In this document: positions 41,487 to 50,928 of the stretch, one piece after another
Position numbering within the stretch: the first letter of the stretch is position 1
Layout: each line of letters begins with the position of its first letter
DNA from: an uncultured Candidatus Saccharibacteria bacterium
Lineage (GTDB): Bacteria > Patescibacteriota > Minisyncoccia > Phycocordibacterales > Phycocordibacteraceae
NCBI GenBank assembly: GCA_964391975.1
Contig: CAYMNZ010000001.1
Span: forward strand, 262,978 to 326,977
Direction of reading: 5' to 3'
DNA: 64,000 bases
Made by a program: the position numbers and the translations under genes
Notes under the pieces: generated by a model
The model's input: only the letters and a program-made list of their open reading frames with translations
What the model was told of the DNA's origin: nothing
Databases searched by the model: none

Positions 41487-42368
41487 ATGGATGAACTCAA
41501 AAAAGGAACACTGCTAAACGAAGGAAAGACCAAAAAGATTTTTGCGGTCGAAGGTAACCCAACGCGGGTTATCGTTGAATACAAGAATGCAATTACTGCG
41601 TTTGATGACCCTTCCTTTACTCAGGAATTCGCTACTAAGGCGAAGTATTCCAATACCACTACCTCTCGCGCGTTTGAGCTTCTGAATGCTGCTGGAGTAC
41701 CAACTTCCTACGTGCGACAACTCAATGATACTGATTTCCTTGCGCTTTCCTGCCAGATGATTCCGCTTGAGGTGGTAGCTCGCCGGTATGCATTTGGAAG
41801 TTATCTGAAGCGCATGCCAGAGTTTGCAGTGGCAGAAGGGCAGCCACCCCACCGCTTCGACCCACCAGTCGTTGAGTTCTTCCTCAAGACCACTAAAGGG
41901 GGCTTGAGCGACAACGAAGGGAACGTGCTTGTTGAAGGACTCGATCCACTCAAGGGCGAGGAGGATCCATTCATTGAGAATCCGAAGGAGAGCCAGTGGC
42001 GCCTCATGCATCCAAAGACACCAGGCGCTGACCAAGCAGCTTCACTCAATCGCACCATTGATGCATCCCGCGTGCTCGGTCCTGCAACGATTGAAGAGAT
42101 GGAAGCAGCTACCGTACAGACCCTTCTCACACTTGAAGCATTCTTTGCCAAGCATGACTTCAAGCTCATTGATTTCAAGATTGAGTTTGGTCTCACCACA
42201 GACAACAAAGTGGTAGTTTCAGACGTTATTGATAATGATAGCTGGCGCCTCAGAGACCAGAACTGGAAAGACGTAAGCAAGCAGTCATTCCGCGATGGTG
42301 AAGCAATGTCTTCGATTGAAGACAAATACGCGCAGGTAGCCGCACTTATGGAGACGTCAAAATCATGA
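41487..42368 (+). CDS. purC: SAICAR synthetase
   Basis: EGKTKKI, ITAFD, IPLEVVARR.A.GS, LIDFKIEFG, DVIDNDSWRL. Confidence 0.93.
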   Translation: MDELKKGTLLNEGKTKKIFAVEGNPTRVIVEYKNAITAFDDPSFTQEFATKAKYSNTTTSRAFELLNAAGVPTSYVRQLNDTDFLALSCQMIPLEVVARRYAFGSYLKRMPEFAVAEGQPPHRFDPPVVEFFLKTTKGGLSDNEGNVLVEGLDPLKGEEDPFIENPKESQWRLMHPKTPGADQAASLNRTIDASRVLGPATIEEMEAATVQTLLTLEAFFAKHDFKLIDFKIEFGLTTDNKVVVSDVIDNDSWRLRDQNWKDVSKQSFRDGEAMSSIEDKYAQVAALMETSKS

Positions 42369-43753
42369 AGGAACTTACCGCGATAAGCCCGCTTGATGGC
42401 CGCTACTCGGGAAGTGTTTCTGAACTCTCTCCCTTAGTGAGTGAATACGGCCTCATCCGCTATCGCGTGTTTGTTGAGTGCGAATACTTCAAAGCACTTG
42501 CAAAGGTTCCGGAGCTCGGCTTCACTCTTTCGAAAGAGGAGATTGCACTCATTGACGGCATAGCTAATGCAACAGAGGAAGATGCGGCAGTTGTGAAGCA
42601 GATTGAGACTGCCGGCTACGAAGGCATCCCAGCTACCCGCCACGATGTAAAAGCAGTGGAGTACCTCATTAAAGGGAAACTCAAGGGCACGTCTCTTGAA
42701 GCAAAGAGCGAATGGGTGCATTTCGGACTTACGTCTGAGGATGTAAACAACCTCTCCTATGCGCTCATGATTTCGGATTCTCTAGAGCGCGTGCTCGCAC
42801 CTAGAATTGAAACGATTCTCTTTGAATTGAATCGCATGGCACAGTCGCATGCATCAGTTTCAATGCTCGCTCGAACGCATGGTCAGCCTGCAACTCCCAC
42901 AACCTTTGGAAAGGAAATGAAGGTCTTTGCTGCACGCATTGAGCGTAGACTCGCTGGCCTCAAGAGCATTAAGATTCAGGCAAAGCTCAACGGAGCATCA
43001 GGGAACTGGAACGCACACGTGGTTGCGTTTCCTTCGGTTGATTGGACGAAGTTCACGACTCAATTTATTGAGGGCTTTAATACAGGCCGTACCTACGGAC
43101 TTGAGGCGAACCTCTACACCACGCAGATTGAATGCCACGACAGCTATGTGGCGGTCTTTGATACCTTGAGACGAGTTAACACCATCCTTATAGGTTTTGA
43201 TCAAGATATTTGGCGCTATGTTTCAGACGGCTGGATTACGCAGGTAGCAAAGGCTGGAGAGATTGGCTCGTCCGCTATGCCACACAAGGTTAACCCCATT
43301 GATTTTGAAAATAGCGAAGGGAACTTGGGGGTAGCCAATGCACTCTTTGAACACTTTGCCCGCAAGCTTCCTATTTCTCGCCTCCAGCGAGACCTTTCTG
43401 ATTCCACAGTGGAGCGTAACTTTGGTGTGGCGTTTGCCCACACACTCATGGGCTACGAATCCATTCTTAAAGGCCTCGCCCGCATTGAGCCTGATGCTGC
43501 AAAGATACGAGTCGCTCTTGATGAGCACCCAGAGGTCCTTGCTGAGGCTATACAGACCGTACTGCGTCGTGAAGGACAGGCTGGTGCCTACGAGAAGCTT
43601 AAAGAGCTTACGCGCGGTGCGTCTCTCACCATTGATGACATTCGCACCTTTATTTGGGAGCTCCCGCTTTCAGAGAAGGTGAAGAACGAGCTTATTGCGC
43701 TTACGCCCGCCTCCTACATCGGACTCGCTGAGAAACTAGCCCGAGGCGAGTAA
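42365..43753 (+). CDS. purB: adenylosuccinate lyase
   Basis: ISPLDGRY, HDVKAVEY, RTHGQPA, GSSAMPHKVNPIDFEN. Confidence 0.97.
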   Translation: MKELTAISPLDGRYSGSVSELSPLVSEYGLIRYRVFVECEYFKALAKVPELGFTLSKEEIALIDGIANATEEDAAVVKQIETAGYEGIPATRHDVKAVEYLIKGKLKGTSLEAKSEWVHFGLTSEDVNNLSYALMISDSLERVLAPRIETILFELNRMAQSHASVSMLARTHGQPATPTTFGKEMKVFAARIERRLAGLKSIKIQAKLNGASGNWNAHVVAFPSVDWTKFTTQFIEGFNTGRTYGLEANLYTTQIECHDSYVAVFDTLRRVNTILIGFDQDIWRYVSDGWITQVAKAGEIGSSAMPHKVNPIDFENSEGNLGVANALFEHFARKLPISRLQRDLSDSTVERNFGVAFAHTLMGYESILKGLARIEPDAAKIRVALDEHPEVLAEAIQTVLRREGQAGAYEKLKELTRGASLTIDDIRTFIWELPLSEKVKNELIALTPASYIGLAEKLARGE

Positions 43754-43772
43754 GCTGGGGTATAGTCGTTCA

Positions 43773-44792
43773 ATGAACGTATTCGTCGGCCTCTCAGGCG
43801 GCGTGGACTCCGCTGTTTCTGCAGCTCTTTTGAAGAAAGAGGGGCACGCAGTTACCGGTGTATTTATTAAGGGATGGTACCCACCGGGGCTTGCCTGCAC
43901 CTGGGCCGAGGACCGTAGAGACGCAATGCGGGTTGCGGCAAAGCTCCGTGTTCCGTTTGTAACACTTGATGCTTCGAGCGAATACAAGAAGGGTGTTATT
44001 GATTACTTGCTTGCTGAATACGAGGCGGGGAGGACACCCAATCCGGATGTTATGTGCAACCGGGACGTGAAGTTCGGTGCGTTTTACGAGTTTGCTCGCA
44101 AAGAAGGAGCGGACATGATTGCCACTGGGCACTATGCGAGGGCACAGGACAGAAAACTCTACCGTGGCGTTGACCCCGCCAAGGACCAAAGCTATTTCCT
44201 CTGGGCGATATCCAGGGACGCACTTGCCCACACATTATTTCCGCTTGGGGGATTCAAGAAGGAGAAGACACGCGAGCTGGCACGGAAGTTTGCACTTCCG
44301 GTGGCAACAAAGCGAGATAGTCAGGGCATCTGTTTTCTTGGAAGCATTTCAGTTGAGGAATTCTTGCGTTCTGAGTTTGGAGAGGCACCAGGTACTGCGG
44401 TCGATGAGAGCGGAAAAGAAATAGGAGGGCACAACGGTGCTTTGCTCCATACGATTGGAGAACGAGTATCGCTTAGAGAAGCACCTTCCGGTCCTTGGTA
44501 TGTGGTGCGTAAGAGCGTAAAAGAGAACCTTCTGGTGGTTGCTAAGGAACGCAGGACAAAGGTTCTGACCAAATCCATCCCGTTCTCAGGACCGAATTGG
44601 CTTACCGATGATATTCCTGATGGAAAACTCGTAGCGCAATATCGCTATCATGGTTCGGTGATTGAAGGGACACTTAATGCAACCGGGACGGCGTTTCTTC
44701 CTACACATCCGCTCCCTGACGCGCTTGCGAACGGGCAGTCGCTTGTGTTCTACCGAGGAGAGGAGTGTCTTGGGGGTGGTATCATTGGGTAA
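43773..44792 (+). CDS. mnmA: tRNA 2-thiouridylase
   Basis: SGGVDS, TPNPDVMCN, ATGHYA, KDQSYFL, DSQGICF. Confidence 0.96.
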   Translation: MNVFVGLSGGVDSAVSAALLKKEGHAVTGVFIKGWYPPGLACTWAEDRRDAMRVAAKLRVPFVTLDASSEYKKGVIDYLLAEYEAGRTPNPDVMCNRDVKFGAFYEFARKEGADMIATGHYARAQDRKLYRGVDPAKDQSYFLWAISRDALAHTLFPLGGFKKEKTRELARKFALPVATKRDSQGICFLGSISVEEFLRSEFGEAPGTAVDESGKEIGGHNGALLHTIGERVSLREAPSGPWYVVRKSVKENLLVVAKERRTKVLTKSIPFSGPNWLTDDIPDGKLVAQYRYHGSVIEGTLNATGTAFLPTHPLPDALANGQSLVFYRGEECLGGGIIG

Positions 44793-44794
44793 AT

Positions 44795-45181
44795 ATGCGC
44801 GTTGCAGTATCCATTGCGCTCAGTGTTTTTGTACTCATTGGTGTAGCGTATCTGGCGCTGCATGTTGAGTCTTCAATTGCAAAAGACGAGTACGTAAAGG
44901 TGGAGGCGCCACAGGTTACGCTTCTAAGCGACTACGACGAAGGAATCCACACCATTGCTGGGTCACTCCGGGTGCCAACTCCCTGCACGCCGGTTTCTGC
45001 AGCCTCTGTCCTTACTGCAGACGGCACCATACGTGTAGACGTCACCGTTGGTGAAGACACAGATATCTGCCTTATGCGTGCGACCGAGAAGGAATTTTCC
45101 GTAGATTTTGAGGCGCCTGAAGAGGCTACTATCGCAGTGTATGTAAACGAAGCGAAGGCAGTTATCGTTGAAATCCTATGA
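44795..45181 (+). CDS. hypothetical membrane-anchored/secreted protein
   Basis: N-terminal hydrophobic helix, PTPC...C pair. Confidence 0.6.
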   Translation: MRVAVSIALSVFVLIGVAYLALHVESSIAKDEYVKVEAPQVTLLSDYDEGIHTIAGSLRVPTPCTPVSAASVLTADGTIRVDVTVGEDTDICLMRATEKEFSVDFEAPEEATIAVYVNEAKAVIVEIL

Positions 45182-46008
45182 CGGACATTGTTAAAGCAGA
45201 CGGCACCACAGAGTCTTTTGATGGAGTGAAGCTCGAGGCGTCGTTACGGCGTGTCGGAGCAGGTGACCACACTGCCAAACGCATTCGACAGACGATCCAG
45301 GATTCTATTGCGCCAGCTTCAACGACTGATGAAATTTACCGACGGGCTATCACTATGCTTAAGCACGAGGCGAGGCCTGCGGCAGCACGCTACAGTCTTC
45401 GTCGAGCGCTCTTTGAGTTTGGTCCTTCGGGACATCCCTTTGAAGACTTCGTCGCAGAGATATTCAAGAGTGAGGGATGGGAAGTGGAGTGGAGGAAACT
45501 GGTGCCAGGAAAATGCGTGATGCACGAGGTGGATGTCTATGCGCATCGTAACGGCGAAAACCTTGCTGCTGAGCTTAAGTATCACAATGACCCTTCGTAC
45601 AAGACTGATGTGAAGGTCGCCCTCTATGTGAAGGCACGTTTTGACGATATTTCAGCTGCGAGCGCGGCAGATGGAACCACTGCACGTATTGATAAAGGCT
45701 ACCTCATCACCAATACCAAGTTCACCGACCAAGCTATTCAGTTCGCACGGTGCGCCAATATCGGTCTTATGGGCTGGAGCTACCCAACTGAAGGGAACCT
45801 TTATGACCGTATTATCGCCTCTGGCATCTACCCGGTGACCGCCCTTATGAGCCTTCGTAAGGCTGAGAAGAAGCTCCTTATCGACCGAGGCATCGTGACC
45901 TGTAACCAGTTGCGCGAGTCTCGCGACCAGCTGCGCACCCTTATGATTCCGCCCGAGCGCATTGGGGGGATAGTGGCTGAACTAGAGGTGCTCTGCGCTC
46001 CTGTATAA
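45178..46008 (+). CDS. ATP-cone + Mrr-like restriction endonuclease domain protein
   Basis: IVKADG..E.FD..KL..SL (ATP cone); FEDFVAEIF, EVDV.A....AAELK, ITNTKFT..A. Confidence 0.8.
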   Translation: MTDIVKADGTTESFDGVKLEASLRRVGAGDHTAKRIRQTIQDSIAPASTTDEIYRRAITMLKHEARPAAARYSLRRALFEFGPSGHPFEDFVAEIFKSEGWEVEWRKLVPGKCVMHEVDVYAHRNGENLAAELKYHNDPSYKTDVKVALYVKARFDDISAASAADGTTARIDKGYLITNTKFTDQAIQFARCANIGLMGWSYPTEGNLYDRIIASGIYPVTALMSLRKAEKKLLIDRGIVTCNQLRESRDQLRTLMIPPERIGGIVAELEVLCAPV

Positions 46009-46016
46009 TAGGGCGT

Positions 46017-46799
46017 ATGGCTTGGAAATCCCCTACGTTTGACCCGAAAGCAAAAGAGCCGTTTAAGATAAGCCGCTCCAAGATTGATATGTTCACCGAG
46101 TGCCCTCGGTGTTCGTATTTAGACTTGCGACTTGGTGTGAAGCGCCCCAGCATGCCGTCCTTTACCCTCAACAATGCGGTGGACGAGCTCTTTAAGCGTG
46201 AGTTTGATATCAACCGCGCTGACGCAACTACGCATCCGCTCATGAAGGAGTACGGGGTTGATGCAGTTCCGTTTCAGGACCCACGCATGGAAGAGTGGCG
46301 CGATGCGCTTCGTCGCGGTATCGCCACCCACCATGAGCCCTCCAACTTCTATGTGCGTGGAGGTATCGACGATGTGTGGATTAATCCAGCAGGGGAACTC
46401 ATTATCGTCGATTACAAAGCGACCTCTAAACAAAAAGGTCCATCCTCTGTTGATGACCTCTACGATTCCTATAAGAAACAGATGGAGGTGTACCAGTGGC
46501 TCTTTAAGCAAAATGGTTTCAAGGTCTCTCCGACCGGCTACTTCGTCTACGCCAACGGTAAATCCGACATGAAAGCCTTTGATGCAAAGCTTGAGTTCGA
46601 TATCTGCCTCATTGCGTACACTGGGGATGATTCATGGGTTGAACCAACACTTATCCGTATGCGGGAGACGCTTTCGAGTGACGAGATTCCTCCTGTCGGC
46701 ATTTCCTTTGGTGGTGGTCCCTGCGAGTTCTGCACCTACCGAGACGCAGCTGGGAAGATTTTGCTCCAACTCCATACCGCCAACAAGAAAAAGAAGTGA
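46017..46799 (+). CDS. PD-(D/E)XK nuclease (RecB/Cas4-like)
   Basis: S.SKI..F.ECPRC, GGIDD, IVDYKAT, QMEVY, CEFC. Confidence 0.82.
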   Translation: MAWKSPTFDPKAKEPFKISRSKIDMFTECPRCSYLDLRLGVKRPSMPSFTLNNAVDELFKREFDINRADATTHPLMKEYGVDAVPFQDPRMEEWRDALRRGIATHHEPSNFYVRGGIDDVWINPAGELIIVDYKATSKQKGPSSVDDLYDSYKKQMEVYQWLFKQNGFKVSPTGYFVYANGKSDMKAFDAKLEFDICLIAYTGDDSWVEPTLIRMRETLSSDEIPPVGISFGGGPCEFCTYRDAAGKILLQLHTANKKKK

Positions 46800-46818
46800 T
46801 TTGGTATACTGTGCGTAT

Positions 46819-47076
46819 ATGAAAACAGTGTTTACCGGACGGGTACAATCCATCGTTCGCAACATTAAAAAGGGAAAAACCATGACCTATGGTCAGGTCG
46901 CAGCGGCCGCAGGAAAGCCAGGAGCAGCACGAGCAGTTGGCACTATCATGAAGAACAACACGGATAAGGAGATGCCGTGCCATCGTGTGGTGCGTGCAGA
47001 CGGAAAGGCGACTGGGTACAACGGCATCAATGGTCCAAGCCGTGAGGAGCTTCTACGTCGCGAAGGCGCACTCTAA
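46819..47076 (+). CDS. single-domain O6-alkylguanine DNA alkyltransferase (MGMT family)
   Basis: TYGQVA, AARAVG, PCHRVV active site. Confidence 0.88.
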   Translation: MKTVFTGRVQSIVRNIKKGKTMTYGQVAAAAGKPGAARAVGTIMKNNTDKEMPCHRVVRADGKATGYNGINGPSREELLRREGAL

Positions 47077-47079
47077 CCT

Positions 47080-47394
47080 ATGAGTAACCGGGAGCGGAGG
47101 ATACAAGAAATCGCCAACGCCAAAGGTCGCGAAGAGTACAAACTCTGGAGCTCTCCTTCTGGACTTCTGGTGAAGGTCTCTTCAATTGCTGGAGGGAGGT
47201 TCGAACACGTTGTAAATCGTGTCATCGCAGAATCTCCCGACGGCGCTAAGCTTCCGCATACAGGAAAAGATACGCTCTACTACCCACCAAAAACACTGAA
47301 TCTCATTCTCAGGGAGATTTTGAACGAATCGATTCCTCCCAAGAACCGACAGAACATTGAGATTTTTCTTACAGAAAAAGGAGAGCCACTGTAA
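47080..47394 (+). CDS. hypothetical protein
   Basis: 104-aa ORF tightly packed between neighbours. Confidence 0.55.
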   Translation: MSNRERRIQEIANAKGREEYKLWSSPSGLLVKVSSIAGGRFEHVVNRVIAESPDGAKLPHTGKDTLYYPPKTLNLILREILNESIPPKNRQNIEIFLTEKGEPL

Positions 47395-47396
47395 GC

Positions 47397-48065
47397 ATGG
47401 AAGTTACGATTGAGCCGTCGTGGAAGGAGAAACTTAAAGAAGAGTTTACTAAACCCTACTTCGCCGAGTTGCGCACGTTTGTGCGAGAAGCCTACACGTC
47501 GAGAACTATTTACCCTGCACCGAAGAATGTGTTCCGGGCCTTCGACCTCACTCCCTTTGAAAAGGTGAAAGTCGTCATTCTTGGCCAAGACCCTTACCAC
47601 GGACCTAAGCAGGCAATTGGACTTTCTTTTGCGGTGTCTGAAGGAGTGCGCAATCCTCCGTCACTGCAGAATATCTTTAAAGAAGTTGCAGCAGACTTGG
47701 GGAAGCCGCTCGTACATACGGACGGAGACCTTGGCCGTTGGGCAGAACAGGGAGTGTTGCTTTTAAACGCTACCTTGACCGTCGAGGCACAGCGAGCGGG
47801 TTCTCATCAAGGACGAGGTTGGGAGCAGTTTACCGATGCGGTCATTCGAAAACTTTCAGAAGAGCGCGAACACCTCGTGTTCATCCTCTGGGGCAACTAC
47901 GCCAAGGCAAAAGGTGCACACATCGATAGAGAAAAGCATCTGGTTATTGAATCCCCGCACCCATCTCCATTTGCAGCACACGGAGGATTCTTTGGTAGCA
48001 AGCCGTTTAGCAAGGCGAACGCGTACCTTGTTGCACATGGGCAGGAACCCATCAATTGGCTCTAG
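47397..48065 (+). CDS. ung: uracil-DNA glycosylase family 1
   Basis: GQDPYH, PPSL.NI, GVLLLN, HPSP. Confidence 0.97.
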   Translation: MEVTIEPSWKEKLKEEFTKPYFAELRTFVREAYTSRTIYPAPKNVFRAFDLTPFEKVKVVILGQDPYHGPKQAIGLSFAVSEGVRNPPSLQNIFKEVAADLGKPLVHTDGDLGRWAEQGVLLLNATLTVEAQRAGSHQGRGWEQFTDAVIRKLSEEREHLVFILWGNYAKAKGAHIDREKHLVIESPHPSPFAAHGGFFGSKPFSKANAYLVAHGQEPINWL

Positions 48066-50033
48066 CTACCAAATGCGAGCACGGTCCTTAGAAGCTCGGA
48101 AGAGACCGTCGCCTTTCTCGACATCAAAGGCAGTGTAGAAGTCATCGATGTTTGAGAGCGGTCCATTGATGCGGAACTTTGCAGGGGAGTGCGGGTCCGT
48201 AAGTGCCGCTGTCTTCTGAAAGGCGGGGCGTGCATTCTCCCTATCAAAGAGCGTGACACCCAGGAAGAAGCGTTGCTCGGGGGTATAGCCACCGATAACC
48301 TTCCAGCCTGTTTTCTTGAGACGGAGCTTATAAGCGTCAAAGGAGATAGCGATGCCGCCGAGGTCCGCAATATTCTCGCCGAGGGTTAACTTGCCGTTGA
48401 CTTTCACCCCATCAGCAACGCTGTAGCGGTTGAACTGGTCGACGAGTAGTTTGGATTTCTTCTCAAAGCGAGCACGGTCTTTCTTGGTCCACCAGCTCTT
48501 AAGGTTGCCTTTCTCGTCATACTTGGAGCCCTGGTCATCAAAGCCGTGGGTAATTTCATGACCGATAACTGAACCAATGGAGCCGTAGTTAACCGCGTCA
48601 TCTGCTTTTGGGTCAAAGAAGGGTGGCTGGAGAATGGCGGCAGGGAAGGCGATGTCGTTGAGGTTGGGGGCGAAGTAGGCGTTCACCGTCTGTGGGAACA
48701 TGAACCATTCAGTGCGGTCAATCGGCTTGGTGAGCTTGCGCATCTCGCGCTTGTGCACGAATTCAGAGACTCGTAGCAGGTTACCTACGTATTCATTCGG
48801 TAGCACAGAAAGACCCTTATAACTCTTCCACTTGTCAGGGTAGCCAATCTTGCGGTTAAGTGCGCGAAGCTTAATGAGTGCCTTCTTCTTCGTTGCAGGG
48901 CTCATCCAGTCGAGGTTCTTAAGCCGTGCTTTGTAGGCGGTAAAGAGGTCATCAACGAGGATATTCATCTTTCGCTTTGCCACAGGACTGAAGTGCTTCT
49001 TTACGTAGATGCGACCAAGGAGCTCACCTAGATTTCCGTTGACGCAGCCGAGTACCTGGCGCCACAAAGGCTTCATGACCTTCATGCCGGAAAGCACCGT
49101 GCCATAGAAGGCAAAGTTCTGCTTAACAAAAGGTTCTGAGAGAGCACCTGCGAAATCGTTGAGCACATGCCAGGTGAAGTACGTGCGCCAGTCTTCAATA
49201 GGAACCGTGACGAGCATTTTACCAACCGCCTTGAGAAACTGCGGCTGCATGGCGATAACGGCCTTTGTGTTCTTTGCATCAAGGCGCTCTAGGTACTCTT
49301 TCCAGACTATCTGCGGGGCGAGTTTCTGAAGTGCTCCAAGTGTTTTCTTGTGATAGACCTTGTCGGCGTCCCTGCGGTCGACCTTGGTCATGGAGACCTT
49401 AGCCAGTTCCGTCTCAATGCGCATCACTGTTGCCGCTGCTTTTGCTGCGGGCTTTGGAGCAAGGCCTGCAAGTTGGAACATGGAAGTTACATGCGGTACG
49501 TATTTCTCCCGCACTCGCTTTGATTCTGTGTCGTCCTTGAGGTAGTAGTCGCGGTCGGGCATGCCAAGACCATCCTGGAAGAGGTGGATGATGTAGCGCT
49601 CGCTATCCTTTGAGTCCTGGTCTATGCCAGCACCGAAGAGTACGCCAACTCCTACACGATGGAGCTTGGCCATGGTGCGGAGCAGGTCTTCCTTTGTTTG
49701 CATGAACTTCACTTCTGCGAGCAGGGAAGCCAGAGGGGCGAGTCCAATGGCATTGCGATGCTTCTGGTCCATGCCGGAGCGATAGAAGTCCCGAATCATT
49801 TGCTCAGGGGAGCCCTTGGGGAGTGAGCGCTTCTTAAGAAGGCCTTCGAGTATGGCTTTGAGCTTCTTTTCCGTGTCGTAGCGGAGAATCATGAAGCTGC
49901 CCCAGCGTGCCTCTTCTTTAGGAATCGGGTTGCGCTCGAGCCAACCGCCAGAGGCGTGTTGGTAGAAGTCGTCTTGTGGACGTGTTTTTGGGTCTAAATC
50001 CTTAGAATTAAAGCCCCAGTTTCTTGAACTCAT
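48066..50033 (-). CDS. M13 family (PepO/neprilysin-like) metalloendopeptidase
   Basis: VNAYF, HEITHGFDDQG, GENIAD, DPHSP. Confidence 0.95.
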   Translation of the reverse strand: MSSRNWGFNSKDLDPKTRPQDDFYQHASGGWLERNPIPKEEARWGSFMILRYDTEKKLKAILEGLLKKRSLPKGSPEQMIRDFYRSGMDQKHRNAIGLAPLASLLAEVKFMQTKEDLLRTMAKLHRVGVGVLFGAGIDQDSKDSERYIIHLFQDGLGMPDRDYYLKDDTESKRVREKYVPHVTSMFQLAGLAPKPAAKAAATVMRIETELAKVSMTKVDRRDADKVYHKKTLGALQKLAPQIVWKEYLERLDAKNTKAVIAMQPQFLKAVGKMLVTVPIEDWRTYFTWHVLNDFAGALSEPFVKQNFAFYGTVLSGMKVMKPLWRQVLGCVNGNLGELLGRIYVKKHFSPVAKRKMNILVDDLFTAYKARLKNLDWMSPATKKKALIKLRALNRKIGYPDKWKSYKGLSVLPNEYVGNLLRVSEFVHKREMRKLTKPIDRTEWFMFPQTVNAYFAPNLNDIAFPAAILQPPFFDPKADDAVNYGSIGSVIGHEITHGFDDQGSKYDEKGNLKSWWTKKDRARFEKKSKLLVDQFNRYSVADGVKVNGKLTLGENIADLGGIAISFDAYKLRLKKTGWKVIGGYTPEQRFFLGVTLFDRENARPAFQKTAALTDPHSPAKFRINGPLSNIDDFYTAFDVEKGDGLFRASKDRARIW

Positions 50034-50073
50034 TGGGTGAAGTATAGCGTTCCCGAATCAGTGGCGCCATGTG

Positions 50074-50097
50074 GGTTCGAATCCTGGGCGGCCAGCA
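50074..50097 (+). other. tRNA 3'-end remnant (T-loop + acceptor 3' strand, Gln-like)
   Basis: GGTTCGAATCCTGG-GCGGCCA-G-C with no complementary 5' half upstream. Confidence 0.55.
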
Positions 50098-50114
50098 AGA
50101 GGTATACTGTCGCT

Positions 50115-50456
50115 ATGAGCGATGAATGGCCGTCAGGGAAACCAAAAGTACCTGCAGGAGTGCAGGAAGGATATGACGCATTTATGCAAAACTCTCAAGA
50201 TGAGCTTAGAGAATTTATTACCAATATGGGCCACGGCTGGTACCGACTTATCATTGAATTTCGAAAAGTGGGAGAGAAAACCAGACTCGAGCATCTAGAT
50301 GCTGGCAGTTTGGATCATCTGTTTGAAGAGCTGAGAGACACTGAACTTGATGAAAGACTTGGTCGAACGCTTGCATATCTTCCAGATAGCAAATTGGATC
50401 AACTAATCTCATACATGGACCCGGCTATCAAGGCTCAGTACGGGTGGGCGAACTAA
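50115..50456 (+). CDS. hypothetical protein (array unit 1)
   Basis: TATACT 6 nt before ATG; repeat begins 3 nt after the stop. Confidence 0.65.
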   Translation: MSDEWPSGKPKVPAGVQEGYDAFMQNSQDELREFITNMGHGWYRLIIEFRKVGEKTRLEHLDAGSLDHLFEELRDTELDERLGRTLAYLPDSKLDQLISYMDPAIKAQYGWAN

Positions 50457-50459
50457 GCG

Positions 50460-50487
50460 GGTTCCAACATCGTCCCAGACAGCCAGC
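50460..50487 (+). repeat. inter-cassette repeat copy 1
   Basis: GGTTCCAACATCGTCCCAGACAGCCAGC. Confidence 0.93.
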
Positions 50488-50506
50488 GATACGTTAGAAT
50501 ATTGAT

Positions 50507-50881
50507 ATGGCTGAACATATAGAAAGACACGCTTCCTCCTTCTTGTTCAGCGAAACACAAGAAGGAGATACCTTTCGATTCTCTTGCGAGCGTGAGGGAA
50601 AGAAGATTGCGGCCGCTTCCGCCACGCTCATCGGCGACAACTTATACGGTATCGGAGGCGTGTTTGTAGATCCGTCACGTCGCAATGAAGGCGTCGGCTC
50701 AAGTTTACTGAAACAAGTAAACGAATTTCTAAGAAGAAAGAAAGCAAGAGGCCGGTTAGTAAATACGGCCCAAGGAGACTCTGCCCGCTTATATGAAAGT
50801 AGTGGATGGAAGCGAGGCCAACACGCATCCCAGGGTGCATATGGCGGCTATGAATATACTTTTGATGGAACTGGCGCGTGA
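50507..50881 (+). CDS. GNAT family N-acetyltransferase (array unit 2)
   Basis: VFVDPSRRNEGVGSSLL, ARLYESSGW. Confidence 0.85.
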   Translation: MAEHIERHASSFLFSETQEGDTFRFSCEREGKKIAAASATLIGDNLYGIGGVFVDPSRRNEGVGSSLLKQVNEFLRRKKARGRLVNTAQGDSARLYESSGWKRGQHASQGAYGGYEYTFDGTGA

Positions 50882-50908
50882 GTTCCAACATTGTCCAAGA
50901 CAGCCAGC
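50881..50908 (+). repeat. inter-cassette repeat copy 2
   Basis: AGTTCCAACATTGTCCAAGACAGCCAGC, overlapping the GNAT stop codon. Confidence 0.9.
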
Positions 50909-50928
50909 AACAATGTATAGTTATGAGC

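Noticed and set aside
46017-46799. cas4 of a CRISPR system
   Set aside because: No cas1/cas2 or array; treated as a solo PD-(D/E)XK nuclease.
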